A stretch of 64,000 bases of DNA. Source: Eubacteriales bacterium (GTDB lineage Bacteria; Bacillota; Clostridia; Oscillospirales; SIG627). The notes beneath the pieces are model-generated. The model was not told the DNA's origin and did no database searches. It was given only the letters and a program-made list of their open reading frames with translations. The translations under genes and the position numbers were made by a program. How positions within the stretch are numbered: the stretch's first letter is position 1; each line of letters begins with the position of its first letter. Where the stretch lies: assembly GCA_045631145.1 (NCBI GenBank), contig JAZQUE010000074.1, positions 3,065 through 67,064 of the forward strand. The letters are read 5' to 3'. Positions 9,319 to 19,700 of the stretch are shown here, one piece after another.

Positions 9319-11496
9319 ATGGATATTAATATAGACAAACAATATAACATCAGCTCCAGTAAATTTAAGATGCTATCATCTACTTCTGGAGTAGGCTCGG
9401 TTGTTACAACAAAATGGGGGGGATTCATTATGCCCCTTACGATCAATGAATGGGCGTTTATCCGTGCATTAACGGAAAGTATAAACAATCCAGCAAACTC
9501 GCAATACACTAATAAGGATCATCAGGCTGCTACTGGTGCAGAGATAGTTGATGATGAGAGGTTCATAAAATTCCTTCAGGCAAAAAAGGATTTTGTTAAT
9601 CTGAAATGTTTTGCAGCAATACCTCATGTAGGATTAAATGGTGCGAACTACATAGATTATAAGGAGCATCCGTTATATAAGGAGCAGGAATTAAAAAGCC
9701 GAGAGTTACGTCCCGATATGTTCTATATTCCTGCCGTTGATTTTCCTAAATGGTTTATATCATCAAAGTCGGAATTAAAGCGCATTGACGAATGGTTTGA
9801 CCTTTGGAAGCATGAAGAATTTACCAAGGGCGGACACAAACTGCGTCACAACGATGGGAAGGAGGAGTATTTTGCTCCACCAAGAGATCCTCATGGACCT
9901 ACCTTACGAAAGTTCAAGAATCAATTGAATGACCCTACTATCTACAGACCTCTATCACCAGTATCTTTAGTTCTTATATGTGAGAATGGTCATGCGTCTG
10001 ATATAGACTGGTATAACTATTTTTGTGCTTACCTTGATGGTAAGAAGAAAGAAATGACAAGCGAAGAGGGTTTTGATTTATTTGGATATGCTTGCGATAA
10101 CCATTGTACAGTAAACGTAAACGGAAGGCATAGCTTGAAATGGATAATGAACCGCAATCAATCGGAATCATGGGGTACACTCAAATGCGAATATTGTAAC
10201 AAGAGTGTTTCTTTAGCCGGTATTATGAATCTTAAAGTGTTTTGTCGAGGGGAAAAACCATGGGAACCATACCAGGGACAAAATTGGGTACCTTCTCATG
10301 AAAGGTGTATGAATGGTCACTCACGTTCAGTAATGCAGGTTGCAATGGTAACGAGTAATAGTATTTATTACGCTTCATCACAGAGCAGTCTCTATGTTCC
10401 TCTTTCATGGACATCACAAGGAGGGGTTAAATTACAAGGTGATGCATACGACTATCTTGTAGAATTGCAGAACCGTTATGCAAGAAAACTGACAAGGAAG
10501 TCCGATCTGACAAAGGAAGACTTTATAACATCTTTGGGCTATCTTGTAGATGCTGCTGATGCGGATGGCTATTCAATAGATGACAATGAAGCAGAAGCTA
10601 TCACAATTGAGTTCCTTGGTATATCAAATGAAGTTGACGTGGTTAAAACTTATCGTCTAGAGGAATTTAAGGTATTTGTAAATAATGACAATACACCCGA
10701 AGTTAACAGAAAATTTGAGTTTAACGATATTAACATGCGCGAATTCAAGAATGATTTACTTATAGAGAAGTTCTTGAAAATTAAACAAGTTCCGTTACTT
10801 GCTATAACGAGTACTCAGTTGGGGTTTGGACGTGTGAAGATGCCCTCACCTAAGTTAGTCAACGGACAAGTCGTATACAACAATGAGCAGATTCGTCCAA
10901 TCTATTCAGGGAACATTAATGATGTTAAGGTACTTCCTGCTAATCAGATTTATGGTGAGGGATTGTTTTTTGCGTTTGATATAGATAAAATAAAAGAATG
11001 GAGTGAGACCTATGGTCTTGAGAATTACTACAAGACAACGTTAGAAAATGGTAGCATGGGTGAGTTCCTAGCAAGTGAGATGGGAATTTATGGCCGAGCC
11101 AAATACTATCTCTTGCATACGTTCTCTCACCTAATAATGAAGGAATTAGAGTTCTCATGTGGATATCCTACAGCGAGTCTAAGTGAACGTTTATATTACT
11201 CTGATGAAATGTGTGGTGTACTGATATACACAGCAGATGGAGCTGAAGGCAGTATGGGTGGACTTGTATGGCAAGGACAGCCAGAACTAATTGAAAAAAT
11301 AATTATTTCAGCACTTCAACGTGCTTCTGATTGTTCAGCAGACCCTCTATGCTGGGATAATTCAGATGGTTTGAATAAAGCCGCATGTTTTTCATGTGCG
11401 ATGGTATCAGAAACATCATGCGAACAAGGAAATATGGGGCTTGACCGTAGAGCATTGGTGGATCCAGAGTTTGGATATTTTAAAGATTTGATATAA
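9319..11496 (+). CDS. drmB: DrmB-like DUF1998 protein
   Basis: C-terminal HTFSHLIMKELEFSCGYPTASLSERLY, GVLIYTADGAEGSMGGL, CFSCAMVSETSCEQGNMGLDRRAL Cys-rich segment typical of DUF1998. Confidence 0.8.
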   Translation: MDINIDKQYNISSSKFKMLSSTSGVGSVVTTKWGGFIMPLTINEWAFIRALTESINNPANSQYTNKDHQAATGAEIVDDERFIKFLQAKKDFVNLKCFAAIPHVGLNGANYIDYKEHPLYKEQELKSRELRPDMFYIPAVDFPKWFISSKSELKRIDEWFDLWKHEEFTKGGHKLRHNDGKEEYFAPPRDPHGPTLRKFKNQLNDPTIYRPLSPVSLVLICENGHASDIDWYNYFCAYLDGKKKEMTSEEGFDLFGYACDNHCTVNVNGRHSLKWIMNRNQSESWGTLKCEYCNKSVSLAGIMNLKVFCRGEKPWEPYQGQNWVPSHERCMNGHSRSVMQVAMVTSNSIYYASSQSSLYVPLSWTSQGGVKLQGDAYDYLVELQNRYARKLTRKSDLTKEDFITSLGYLVDAADADGYSIDDNEAEAITIEFLGISNEVDVVKTYRLEEFKVFVNNDNTPEVNRKFEFNDINMREFKNDLLIEKFLKIKQVPLLAITSTQLGFGRVKMPSPKLVNGQVVYNNEQIRPIYSGNINDVKVLPANQIYGEGLFFAFDIDKIKEWSETYGLENYYKTTLENGSMGEFLASEMGIYGRAKYYLLHTFSHLIMKELEFSCGYPTASLSERLYYSDEMCGVLIYTADGAEGSMGGLVWQGQPELIEKIIISALQRASDCSADPLCWDNSDGLNKAACFSCAMVSETSCEQGNMGLDRRALVDPEFGYFKDLI

Positions 11497-11545
11497 AGAG
11501 AAATTTTTCCAGAAATTTAATATGTTCGTGATATTTAATGAATTG

Positions 11546-11581
11546 CTATTATCCGAATCATGCACATGATTCGGATAATAG
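11546..11581. repeat. perfect 17-bp inverted repeat with 2-nt centre
   Basis: CTATTATCCGAATCATG-CA-CATGATTCGGATAATAG. Confidence 0.95.
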
Positions 11582-11767
11582 GTTATAAAATATCGTATTA
11601 AAAAATAACACTATTTGTCTGGAGCTACCGAAAAAAATGGATACTTTCGGACTAATTGTCTAAATATCTACTTGGACTGATAGTATCGGCGAAGCGGTAC
11701 CAAGAAAATGTAGGGTTTGCTCATTTATAAACCTCGTATCTTTGCGCTAAATATAGAGCGTGAAGAT

Positions 11768-12274
11768 ATGGCAAACCCCAATTTAACCATGCCGAAATTA
11801 AAACGTGCATTCCAACTGCTTGCGGCCAATGTCCCGCAACGCACCATTTGCGAACAGCTCCACATGGGACGCGGTGTTCTTTCCAAGTACAAGAAAGCTG
11901 CCGATGAGATGAAACTTTCCTATGAGGATGCCGGTCGCCTGAACAATGAGGAACTCGAAAGCTTCCTCCAGTCTGTAAAATCCGCTCCATGCGGTGTGTC
12001 TGCCCAAAGGAAACTTCTGGACGAACTGATTCCGGATTATGTCTCGGATCTTGCACACAACCGCTATCTGACTGTCCAACGCCTGCATGAGAAGTATCTG
12101 GAGAACCATCCTGACGGTTATGGATATACACAGTTCAAGAAAGCCATCCGTAATTATCAGTATGCACATAACCTGAGCTACCACAACACCTATCTTCCCG
12201 GTGCCGAACTCCAGATGGTACCGCTTCAGCGCTATCGGCATTTTATATCTCTTGAGCAGAAATTGTTGTTGTAA
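11768..12274 (+). pseudogene. truncated IS21-family transposase IstA (N-terminal fragment)
   Basis: MANPNLTMPKLKRAFQLLAANVPQRTICEQLHMGRGVLSKYKKAADE...AHNLSYHNTYLPGAELQ, then homology appears to end; no IstB nearby. Confidence 0.7.
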
Positions 12275-12437
12275 ATAGTAAAAAAGGTTGTAGATATATA
12301 ACCTTATTGCAAACATTTAGTTGTTGGATGAGGATGAATATCGGTATTGGTAATTTTTTTTCACAATAGAAAACGCAACCCGCAACCCGCAACTTTTTTT
12401 GAAAATCACTTTTTAATGTTTGTGGTGTGGGTAGATA

Positions 12438-12473
12438 CAAAAAAGGCAGGTTTACTTTTGGTGAACCTGCCTT
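12438..12473 (-). terminator. rho-independent-like terminator, probably the original mnmE terminator
   Basis: Minus strand AGGCAGGTT-CACCAAAAGTA-AACCTGCCT followed by TTTTTG. Confidence 0.65.
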
Positions 12474-12496
12474 TGCTGTATATGTTTGTAGGATGC

Positions 12497-12514
12497 TTAT
12501 TTTCCGATGCAAAA
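12497..12514. repeat. putative left prophage attachment site (mnmE 3' end copy)
   Basis: TTATTTTCCGATGCAAAA; 17/18 match to 63026-63043; reverse complement encodes FCIGK-stop. Confidence 0.8.
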
Positions 12515-12820
12515 TTTCTTTTTAGGGATTTTTTACACCTGTACTATATTGTTATTCAAGCATTTACAATACTTTCGCTCCGCAGATTGTTGTTTTTGAG
12601 CAACAGAATAGCAACAGATTTGTATAAAACAACTTTCCGAGGAGTGTTGCTTGCGGTACAAAGATAAGCAATTTTAATGAGAAACGGGAGCAGTTTCCCG
12701 TCCCGTTTCCTGATACAGTTATTTTTCTCGAATACGCCGCACATTGCGTTCAAATTCTTTTCTGCTGTATTTTATAATGCCCGCAAAGAAAACGCCGTAT
12801 TCGCCGCCATTTCGCTTTGC

Positions 12821-13897
12821 TTATGCAAACCTCTTTGCTGCGGCTATGATTTCGTCAGCATACTGATAGATGTCGTCGATAGAGGCGATTTTGTTGTGGT
12901 GCTCCTTTTTCGCTTCATCGACGAACGTTATACGCTTGTTATTCTCGGAATCGAGATACAGGCGACAAACAGGCTTTCGATTGTTGTTGTCAATGAAGAT
13001 AGCGAAGTAGGTTTGTGCGTCACGGTAGGTAACACGTTCTGCAGGTACACAGCCTCGGAGGATAGCTTTCACGATATAGAACGCTTGCAGCTCCTCGTCC
13101 GTCGTAATAATTTTGCTTGCGGGTGTTTCCTCAACGGGTTCTGCTGCCGCCTGTGGTTCTGTTGCCTGTTCAACCGTCGGAGTGTCATTGTCCTTGATAG
13201 CTGCTTTCAGGCGTTCCGAAATTGTAGCGTTGATATAATTGCTGATTGTCCGCTTCAACAGGACGGTAAACTGTTCGAGGATTTTCTGTGTGAACACCCC
13301 CTCGTACACCTGTTTGCAGAGGAAACGCACAAGATCAGGCGAGGGACTCGCAAACTCTCTTTCGATAACTGCTTTCAGCTCGCCCATGTATTTAAGTTCG
13401 CTCGCTGTGCTCAATATCGCCCCAACATCAAAATAAGACCTGTGGAACTTTTTCAGTTCTTCGATTTGCTCGTCCTTGATGTCGAGCAGGTTCACTTCCA
13501 AGAAAGGTTTCTCATCCATTTTGTTTGGTTCGGCGAGGTCTGTGTAGAACTTGTAGATGATACCGTTTGTCAGGACACCGAACTTTGCTTTGGAAACGTG
13601 GAAGTAGCGGAGGAGTTGATTATCGTGCAGCGTGAGGTTCTGTTGCCAATGCTTGCACTCGATTAAGATTATAGGTTCGCCGTCACGGAGGATTGCGTAG
13701 TCTATTTTCTCGCCTTTCTTTGTGCCGATGTCACAGCACATTTCAGGCAGCACCTCCAATGGGTTGAAAACGTCGTAACCTAACGCACTAATGAACGGCA
13801 TAATGAGTGCCGTTTTCGTCGCCTCCTCGGTTGGGAGGTTTCCTTTCAGGCTTTCGATACGCTCGGACAGCCTCTTGATTGAATCCTTGAAATCCAT
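12821..13897 (-). CDS. type I restriction HsdR N-terminal-like (PD-(D/E)XK family) protein
   Basis: ALIMPFISALGYDVFNPLEVLPEMCCDIGTKKGEKIDYAIL...PIILIECKHW (D...ECK) motif. Confidence 0.75.
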   Translation of the reverse strand: MDFKDSIKRLSERIESLKGNLPTEEATKTALIMPFISALGYDVFNPLEVLPEMCCDIGTKKGEKIDYAILRDGEPIILIECKHWQQNLTLHDNQLLRYFHVSKAKFGVLTNGIIYKFYTDLAEPNKMDEKPFLEVNLLDIKDEQIEELKKFHRSYFDVGAILSTASELKYMGELKAVIEREFASPSPDLVRFLCKQVYEGVFTQKILEQFTVLLKRTISNYINATISERLKAAIKDNDTPTVEQATEPQAAAEPVEETPASKIITTDEELQAFYIVKAILRGCVPAERVTYRDAQTYFAIFIDNNNRKPVCRLYLDSENNKRITFVDEAKKEHHNKIASIDDIYQYADEIIAAAKRFA

Positions 13898-13984
13898 ATA
13901 CTGTTACTTTATAGGTTATATCCTCAATCAAGGTTGCTACCGCCTGACAGACCCGCACATAAAAATAGCGTGGGATTCCTGTCG

Positions 13985-14094
13985 GTTTAGAGGTATCGCC
14001 AAACACCTTACGGACTAACAAGGAAATGCCCACGCATATTGCGGGCATCTACCACTGTTTTTAAGTCCGTGTTGAAATTGGCGATTTCCTAAAC
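13985..14094 (-). ncRNA. candidate structured RNA leader upstream of HsdR-N gene
   Basis: Nested complementary segments: GTTTAG/CTAAAC and ATCGCC/GGCGAT (outer), ACGGACT/AGTCCGT (middle), ATGCCC..GGGCAT (inner hairpin). Confidence 0.4.
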
Positions 14095-14199
14095 CTCAAA
14101 ACAATAGCAAACGCTATAATTTTCAAATATGTCGCTACAAAAGTAACCAAAGTTTTTCATACAATACGCTTTATAGCAAGAAAATCGCTATCTCACGGC

Positions 14200-14739
14200 T
14201 CAAAAACTGAAAAGGCTGTATGATACGCCTATACCTATGTACGGGGCAAATTGGGGCGTTTGCGTCAATGTTACCCCATATCCTGCCTGTATGCCGACGC
14301 TCCACCGTTTCGGTTTCTGCTTTATCTGTACAACCTGCCTTGGCTGTGTAATGAACAGGCTGTCGAGTGTCGGTCTGTAACCGCTGACATAGGCTCGGTA
14401 GGTGTCCGTTTCGTATCTTTTCTGCGTGATAGGTATCTGAACCGTTACGCTGTCTTCGGGAACAGTTTTACCGAAATTTTGTACACTATCCTGCAAGTTT
14501 GGAACGGTTTCAGGCATTTTTGGTTCGCTTGCAGGAAGTTTCTCTGTTATAAACCGCAACACAACACTGTCACGTGGCACGGGCTTATAATAAGGTATTG
14601 TGTCGTACACTGTCAGGGTGTCGGTATAAACGCCCAATGACAGCGATTGTTTACCCCTGTGGCATTGATATACGTTCAAGCACAGCAAAACGCCTACAAG
14701 GACGTAAACAAGGAATTTGGTTAGCTCTTTCATACGCAT
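14200..14739 (-). CDS. phage inner-membrane/spanin-like protein
   Basis: N-terminal TM segment FLVYVLVGVLLCLNVYQC, sits between the amidase and the end of the late operon. Confidence 0.45.
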   Translation of the reverse strand: MRMKELTKFLVYVLVGVLLCLNVYQCHRGKQSLSLGVYTDTLTVYDTIPYYKPVPRDSVVLRFITEKLPASEPKMPETVPNLQDSVQNFGKTVPEDSVTVQIPITQKRYETDTYRAYVSGYRPTLDSLFITQPRQVVQIKQKPKRWSVGIQAGYGVTLTQTPQFAPYIGIGVSYSLFSF

Positions 14740-15326
14740 TGTTTCAGATACATAATTATCCCCTCGACGTGAGCTTTGACGATAGCCTCTTTCCCCTCCT
14801 CGGAAATCAGAATAGCCAAATCCTCCTTGTTATCCATAAACAGGTTCTCGGTCAGAACAGCGGGGCAAGATGTCTTTTTCAATATCCAAAAGTTCTCCTC
14901 CCAATCAGCGTCACCGTCCGAGGTGTCTTTACGAAACTTTGTTCCCAACGGCAGGGCTTCCGCTGCGGCAAAATACAGGCAGTTGGCAAGTCTGTCTGAT
15001 TTTGTCGTTCCGACACTTGTATAGGCTGACCAACCACGGGCGGACTTCCATTCTCCACAGCCCGCCGCATTGACGTGTACTGATATGAGAATGACATTAT
15101 CCTTACCATATCGTCCGCAAATCTCATTCACTCGACGGGAACGCTCCGACAGTGCGATGTCCTGTTCCTCGGGAACGATACGCTGCACGTCGTAACCCCT
15201 GTTCTTCAACTCTGCTTCAATACGTCGGACTATTTCTCTCGCCCACGCATACTCACGAAAAGAACCGTCTGGGCTTCGCTTCCCTGCGGTTTCCTGTCCG
15301 TGTCCGTTATCCAATAAAATTTTCAT
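14730..15326 (-). CDS. N-acetylmuramoyl-L-alanine amidase (endolysin)
   Basis: MKILLDNGHGQETAGKRSPDG; EYAWAREIVRRIEAEL; VILISVHVNAAG; CPAVLTENLFMDN (Amidase_3 motifs). Confidence 0.85.
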   Translation of the reverse strand: MKILLDNGHGQETAGKRSPDGSFREYAWAREIVRRIEAELKNRGYDVQRIVPEEQDIALSERSRRVNEICGRYGKDNVILISVHVNAAGCGEWKSARGWSAYTSVGTTKSDRLANCLYFAAAEALPLGTKFRKDTSDGDADWEENFWILKKTSCPAVLTENLFMDNKEDLAILISEEGKEAIVKAHVEGIIMYLKQCV

Positions 15327-15329
15327 ACG

Positions 15330-15953
15330 CTATTTGTATTCAGGTAAAAGGTATTGAATGTTCATCGCTGCTGTGTGCATAATGTTGCGAGCTTCCTCCT
15401 CCGATACTGTCATTGGGTGTGTAAACTCACAGAAAATAGAACCCACCCAATCGTGAGTATTGTCATTCAGGCGTTTTACAATAGCCGCCTCGCAACCGCA
15501 ACTTGAAAAGATAGATTTTGCGTATTTGTCCTCTACCTGTTTGTCGATGTCAGAGATATACATAAACAGGTTGCGGACGAGGTCGCTGCTGAATTTTGCA
15601 ACGTCAGCAATCGGGAGGCTTTGGATATGGGGTTTCATCCCCTCAATGCCCTTTCGCTTCACCTCAAAATAAACGCTCAACATACTTTCATTACCGAGCG
15701 GGTGAGGTTGGACGATATACACACGGTCAGCGTCAAGCTCGTGGAGTACGTTCCACAGTTCGCCGTAAACGAGAGAACTGTTGTCGGCTCGGCGTTTCCC
15801 TTTGCGTTCCTCCTGTTGCTTGTACTGCTCGATTTTGAGGTCTGTGAGTTTGTTTTTAGTGTACTGATTGTAGGCGAACCAAGCAGCGAGAGGTGTAGCA
15901 ATTGCAGAAACAACACCCCCGATTGCTATGATGATGTCAGGTATGTTTTCCAT
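15330..15953 (-). CDS. membrane-anchored phage protein of unknown function
   Basis: ORF starting MENIPDIIIAIGGVVSAIATPLAAWFAYNQY (TM segment). Confidence 0.5.
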   Translation of the reverse strand: MENIPDIIIAIGGVVSAIATPLAAWFAYNQYTKNKLTDLKIEQYKQQEERKGKRRADNSSLVYGELWNVLHELDADRVYIVQPHPLGNESMLSVYFEVKRKGIEGMKPHIQSLPIADVAKFSSDLVRNLFMYISDIDKQVEDKYAKSIFSSCGCEAAIVKRLNDNTHDWVGSIFCEFTHPMTVSEEEARNIMHTAAMNIQYLLPEYK

Positions 15954-15961
15954 AAGGCAAT

Positions 15962-16210
15962 TTAGTTGATTATGGCACGAAGAACGTACCTGATGAGTGT
16001 TCCGAACAACGAGCCGAGAACGGTCAGCCCGTAATCTATCCAATCCCATTTGCCGCCGTAAGCTCTGTCCTTGTATTCAAGACAGGTGGCAGCGATAACA
16101 GAACCAAATAGCGAGTGGCTGTAATCATTAGCCAAAAGACCGATGAATACACCACCCGCTAAATGCTTAATACGGTTGCTCTCTTTGAGCCAAGCGATTA
16201 CCTTTTTCAT
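15962..16210 (-). CDS. small membrane protein, putative holin
   Basis: MKKVIAWLKESNRIKHLAGGVFIGLLANDY..., hydrophobic segments, located in lysis cluster. Confidence 0.5.
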   Translation of the reverse strand: MKKVIAWLKESNRIKHLAGGVFIGLLANDYSHSLFGSVIAATCLEYKDRAYGGKWDWIDYGLTVLGSLFGTLIRYVLRAIIN

Positions 16211-16280
16211 TGTGATACAGTTTGAATTACGGTACAAAGGTAATCAAACCGATTATAATATAATCACTTTGAAAGGCGAT

Positions 16281-16733
16281 TTATTTCAACAGCGGCTCCA
16301 ATTCGTTGATTTTATCCCTCAACGCCTGACGTTCCGTGTGCAACGCCGCAACATCGTAGGGGAGTTCCTGTCCTAACAGCGAAGCCTCGTAACACTTGGT
16401 TATCTTGTAGTCGCTGTCGGAAAGAGCGGTTTTAAGAGCTTCGATTTCGTCCCTGATTTTTCGCCTGTCGAACCGTTTTTCATACCTGTAAGCGATATGG
16501 TCGCCCGCATCATACGGAACAGGGACGACGATGTAGTTTTCCTCATCGCTTTGCATTTGTTCCTCTGAAATCAAATCAACGGGCTTCCACACCTCGGACA
16601 GTTCCGACACCTGTTGTTCCACTGTGATAACTTCAACTCTCTGCACACCGTCATTGTCGGTGTAAATACGGTTTATCGGCTCGATGAACCGTGAGTGGAG
16701 GTATTGACCCTCCATATATCCATACTCTACCAT
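16281..16733 (-). CDS. phage protein of unknown function downstream of tail fibre
   Basis: 150-aa ORF in late operon. Confidence 0.55.
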   Translation of the reverse strand: MVEYGYMEGQYLHSRFIEPINRIYTDNDGVQRVEVITVEQQVSELSEVWKPVDLISEEQMQSDEENYIVVPVPYDAGDHIAYRYEKRFDRRKIRDEIEALKTALSDSDYKITKCYEASLLGQELPYDVAALHTERQALRDKINELEPLLK

Positions 16734-16736
16734 AGT

Positions 16737-19700
16737 TTACCATTTTATACGATTTACCCACCATACCTCGGTTGTGACATTGTTTATCGCACACTTGCAG
16801 AACACGGCAATCAACATCTGCCCGCCACCGACATCGTAATAGTCGTTCTCCGTGTTATCGTCGTAAATATGCTGACCGCTTCGAGGATAAACACGCATTT
16901 TTCCGTCGTTTATCTGTTTGAGGAACACTATCTGTCCCTCACGGGTTGCGGCAGGGAGATATGTTACGCACGTTCCTGTTGCAAAACTAACCACCAATGA
17001 ATCGCTGTCATAGATATACTTTGACGTTACCGTTGTTCCGATTGTTTCAACGTTCAGCACAAGACCGTAAGCTTTCAGGTTATAGAACGCACCACCATAA
17101 TATGGGGCTGTTCCGCTGTTGGAAGCATTACCGTACACTCCCGCCAACATTTCCTGATCTGCGCCCATACTCCAAGCACTCTTATTCAAGTTACCGTAGC
17201 CCAATCCGACCAACGCTGCACGCTGTGTATATCCCGACGAAGCAGCTACACATTGCGTTCCTGCTCGATTTGCAAACACCCCCGTAGGAGAGATATAACT
17301 AACAGCACTATATCCGCTATTTGCTCGTGCCTCAATAGTACCGCTATTTGCGTCGAGCGTGATGTTCGAGCCGAGCGATTCCTGCGAGTAGTCGCCGCCT
17401 GATGAAGCCGAAGTAATCTTTATGCGACTGTTCTTTGCATCGAGTTCGATTTTGTTTCCGTTCTCGAGCGTCGAAACAATCTTGCCGCCACTAATGAACC
17501 AATCTCCGATATTGGCGTTTTCAGCCAATAACAGGTTTGTGGCTACACTCTCAAACGACGCTCCGAACGAGTTCCAATAGGAAGTGTTCGTTGGAGCTTT
17601 CCCGTTGAATGTCCCTGCGTCAATTCGTGCGATGTAATAAGTGTCGCCATACTTCACACAGTCAAGGCGGTTACTGTTTCCGTAGTAGGTTTTACCGCTG
17701 TCGTACTGCCCCCTGAACACCATAACAGGACTTTTCCCGTTCGCTCCGTCCTTGCCGTCGTAAGGTGTCATACGAATAGGCGTACTCCATTGTGAAACGA
17801 GAGCCGAACCGTCGCCCGTCTTTACGGCAAGCGTCATCCACAGGTATTGTGCCGTACCAACGCTTGGAACCGTTGTCGTCCAACCCGACGGATTGAGATC
17901 TGTTTTAGAGAGTGACGGAGCTGATGTAGTAGAACCATTCACAGCAAAACGGAGTTCGGTATAATTGCCGTCGCCTCCGTCGTCGCCTGTATCTCCCTTA
18001 TCGCCTTTCTCGCCCTTGATACTTCCGACATTTTCCCATTTTGAGCCGTTCCAAACATACAGGTTGCCACCGATGATGTATGCGTCACCCGCTGTTCCTG
18101 TCTTCGGCAGTTCTGATTCGCTTGCCAAAGTTCCTTTGATTGAAACGCTCGTTCCGTCCGCTCCGTCCTGTCCCTTTGAACCCGCAGCGATAATCTGCCA
18201 ATATGTAGAGCTTGTCGGAGCTACACCTTTTGCGGGGGTCGCATATATGTAGCGATAGGTCGATGTCAGCCCTGCAACCGTATATGTTACCTCGTCGCCC
18301 TGATAATAGGTGTAGGCGGCATTGTAAACTCCACGATAGCAGCCCAAGTATTCCTCCGCACCGCTTTGGCTCTGCACGATTGTACCCTGCAAACGCAGCT
18401 TCCCGTCGCCCTGTGAGTTGAAGTCAAACACGTTGCCGAGTCTCATAGCATTATTGAGCATATCGAAATATGATGTGCCCGAACCCGATACGATGCGGTC
18501 TGTGGTTATACGCCCTGGCAGTACTTCCGTGAATCCGTACAGTGAAGCGAAAGAACGTTCCTCGTCGTACTCACTGTTCAGCACACCCACGAGAAGATGA
18601 TAATAGCCTGACACGGCTTGCATTTTGATTGCCGTTTCAGACAGTACAAACTCGCCCGTTTCGTCGGCTGTCGAGCATTTCGCATACAGGTAGTATTTCT
18701 TTGTTCCGTCAGTCATAATGGCGGAGGTAAAAGCAGGAAGCGACCACACCTTGTATCCGCTGTGGGAAGAAGAAATATCCTTTATCCCGAGTGTCAGGTG
18801 CTGAATGAAACTTGCTCCGATTTTGAGTTGTTTGTTCGTTCCGTCCCAAACAACTGTGTCCGCCACCTGTGTGAAGTTTGTCAGGCTCTTTACGAAACGG
18901 AACTGCAAGCTCTCGTCGCCGACAAGCATTGACATCGTTTGAACGGCAATCGGGTTGATTGAGTTCGTGAAGTTGTCGAGCAGGGCTTCCTCCAACATCG
19001 AGATAGTTTCCCTTGCATCACGGAAGCGGCGTTTCGTGTACTGTATAGCGTCACGGTGGTAGTCCTCGACCAACACCTCCTCACTCTGCAGCTCCTTGAG
19101 TGTAGTCGAAAAACCGCTTGTCACGGTTGAATTGGATAGCGTCAATACAGGACTGTGCGGCTTGTTGATGTAGTCCTTTATGCCTGTGATACGCACAAGG
19201 ACACCCTCTTTTTGGAAGCGTTCGTCGCTGAACTTGATATAGCCGCCGAGCTTGATTTTCCCGCCAATGTTTACCCAATCCTTTTTCGACCAAATGCCGT
19301 CGAGTTCGCCTGTGAACGAGAACTTCACTTCCTCGTTATCGAACAGGTATTTCACGCCCGCACGGAACATATCCCACGAAGCACCCGATTTCGTTGCATT
19401 GTCACAGATATATGCGTCGGGAAGCATACAGTTGAACACGGCGTACGTGTCGCCCGCTTTCGGGGCAAATACGGCGTTCGGCATTGTCTGCCCGTAAATC
19501 TCCTGTGGCACGATTTCAAAACGACGTGCCGCCTGTTCCTTGCTTGTACCGACGTTCTTTGCCTCGTGAACGTACTTTACCTCGAACTCCTTGCCCGCAA
19601 GCATACCTGATTGGAACTTCACGGTCATAGTTTCGCCCGCTATCAGGTAGTCCTCATAATTCAACGTCGAGGGTATGCTGCTATCCACGATGTCATAGAA

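Noticed and set aside
1-11496. DISARM-like operon as prophage cargo
   Set aside because: It lies outside the att-like repeat at 12497-12514, on the chromosomal side of the displaced mnmE terminator
11798-12316. 172-aa and 136-aa minus-strand ORFs over the IstA fragment
   Set aside because: Antisense shadows of a recognisable IstA N-terminus
12372-12393. CGCAACC tandem repeat
   Set aside because: Only about three short units in non-coding DNA; no support for function
12677-13666. 329-aa + strand ORF
   Set aside because: Antisense to the HsdR-N-like gene; Cys/Phe/Val-rich low-plausibility sequence typical of a shadow ORF
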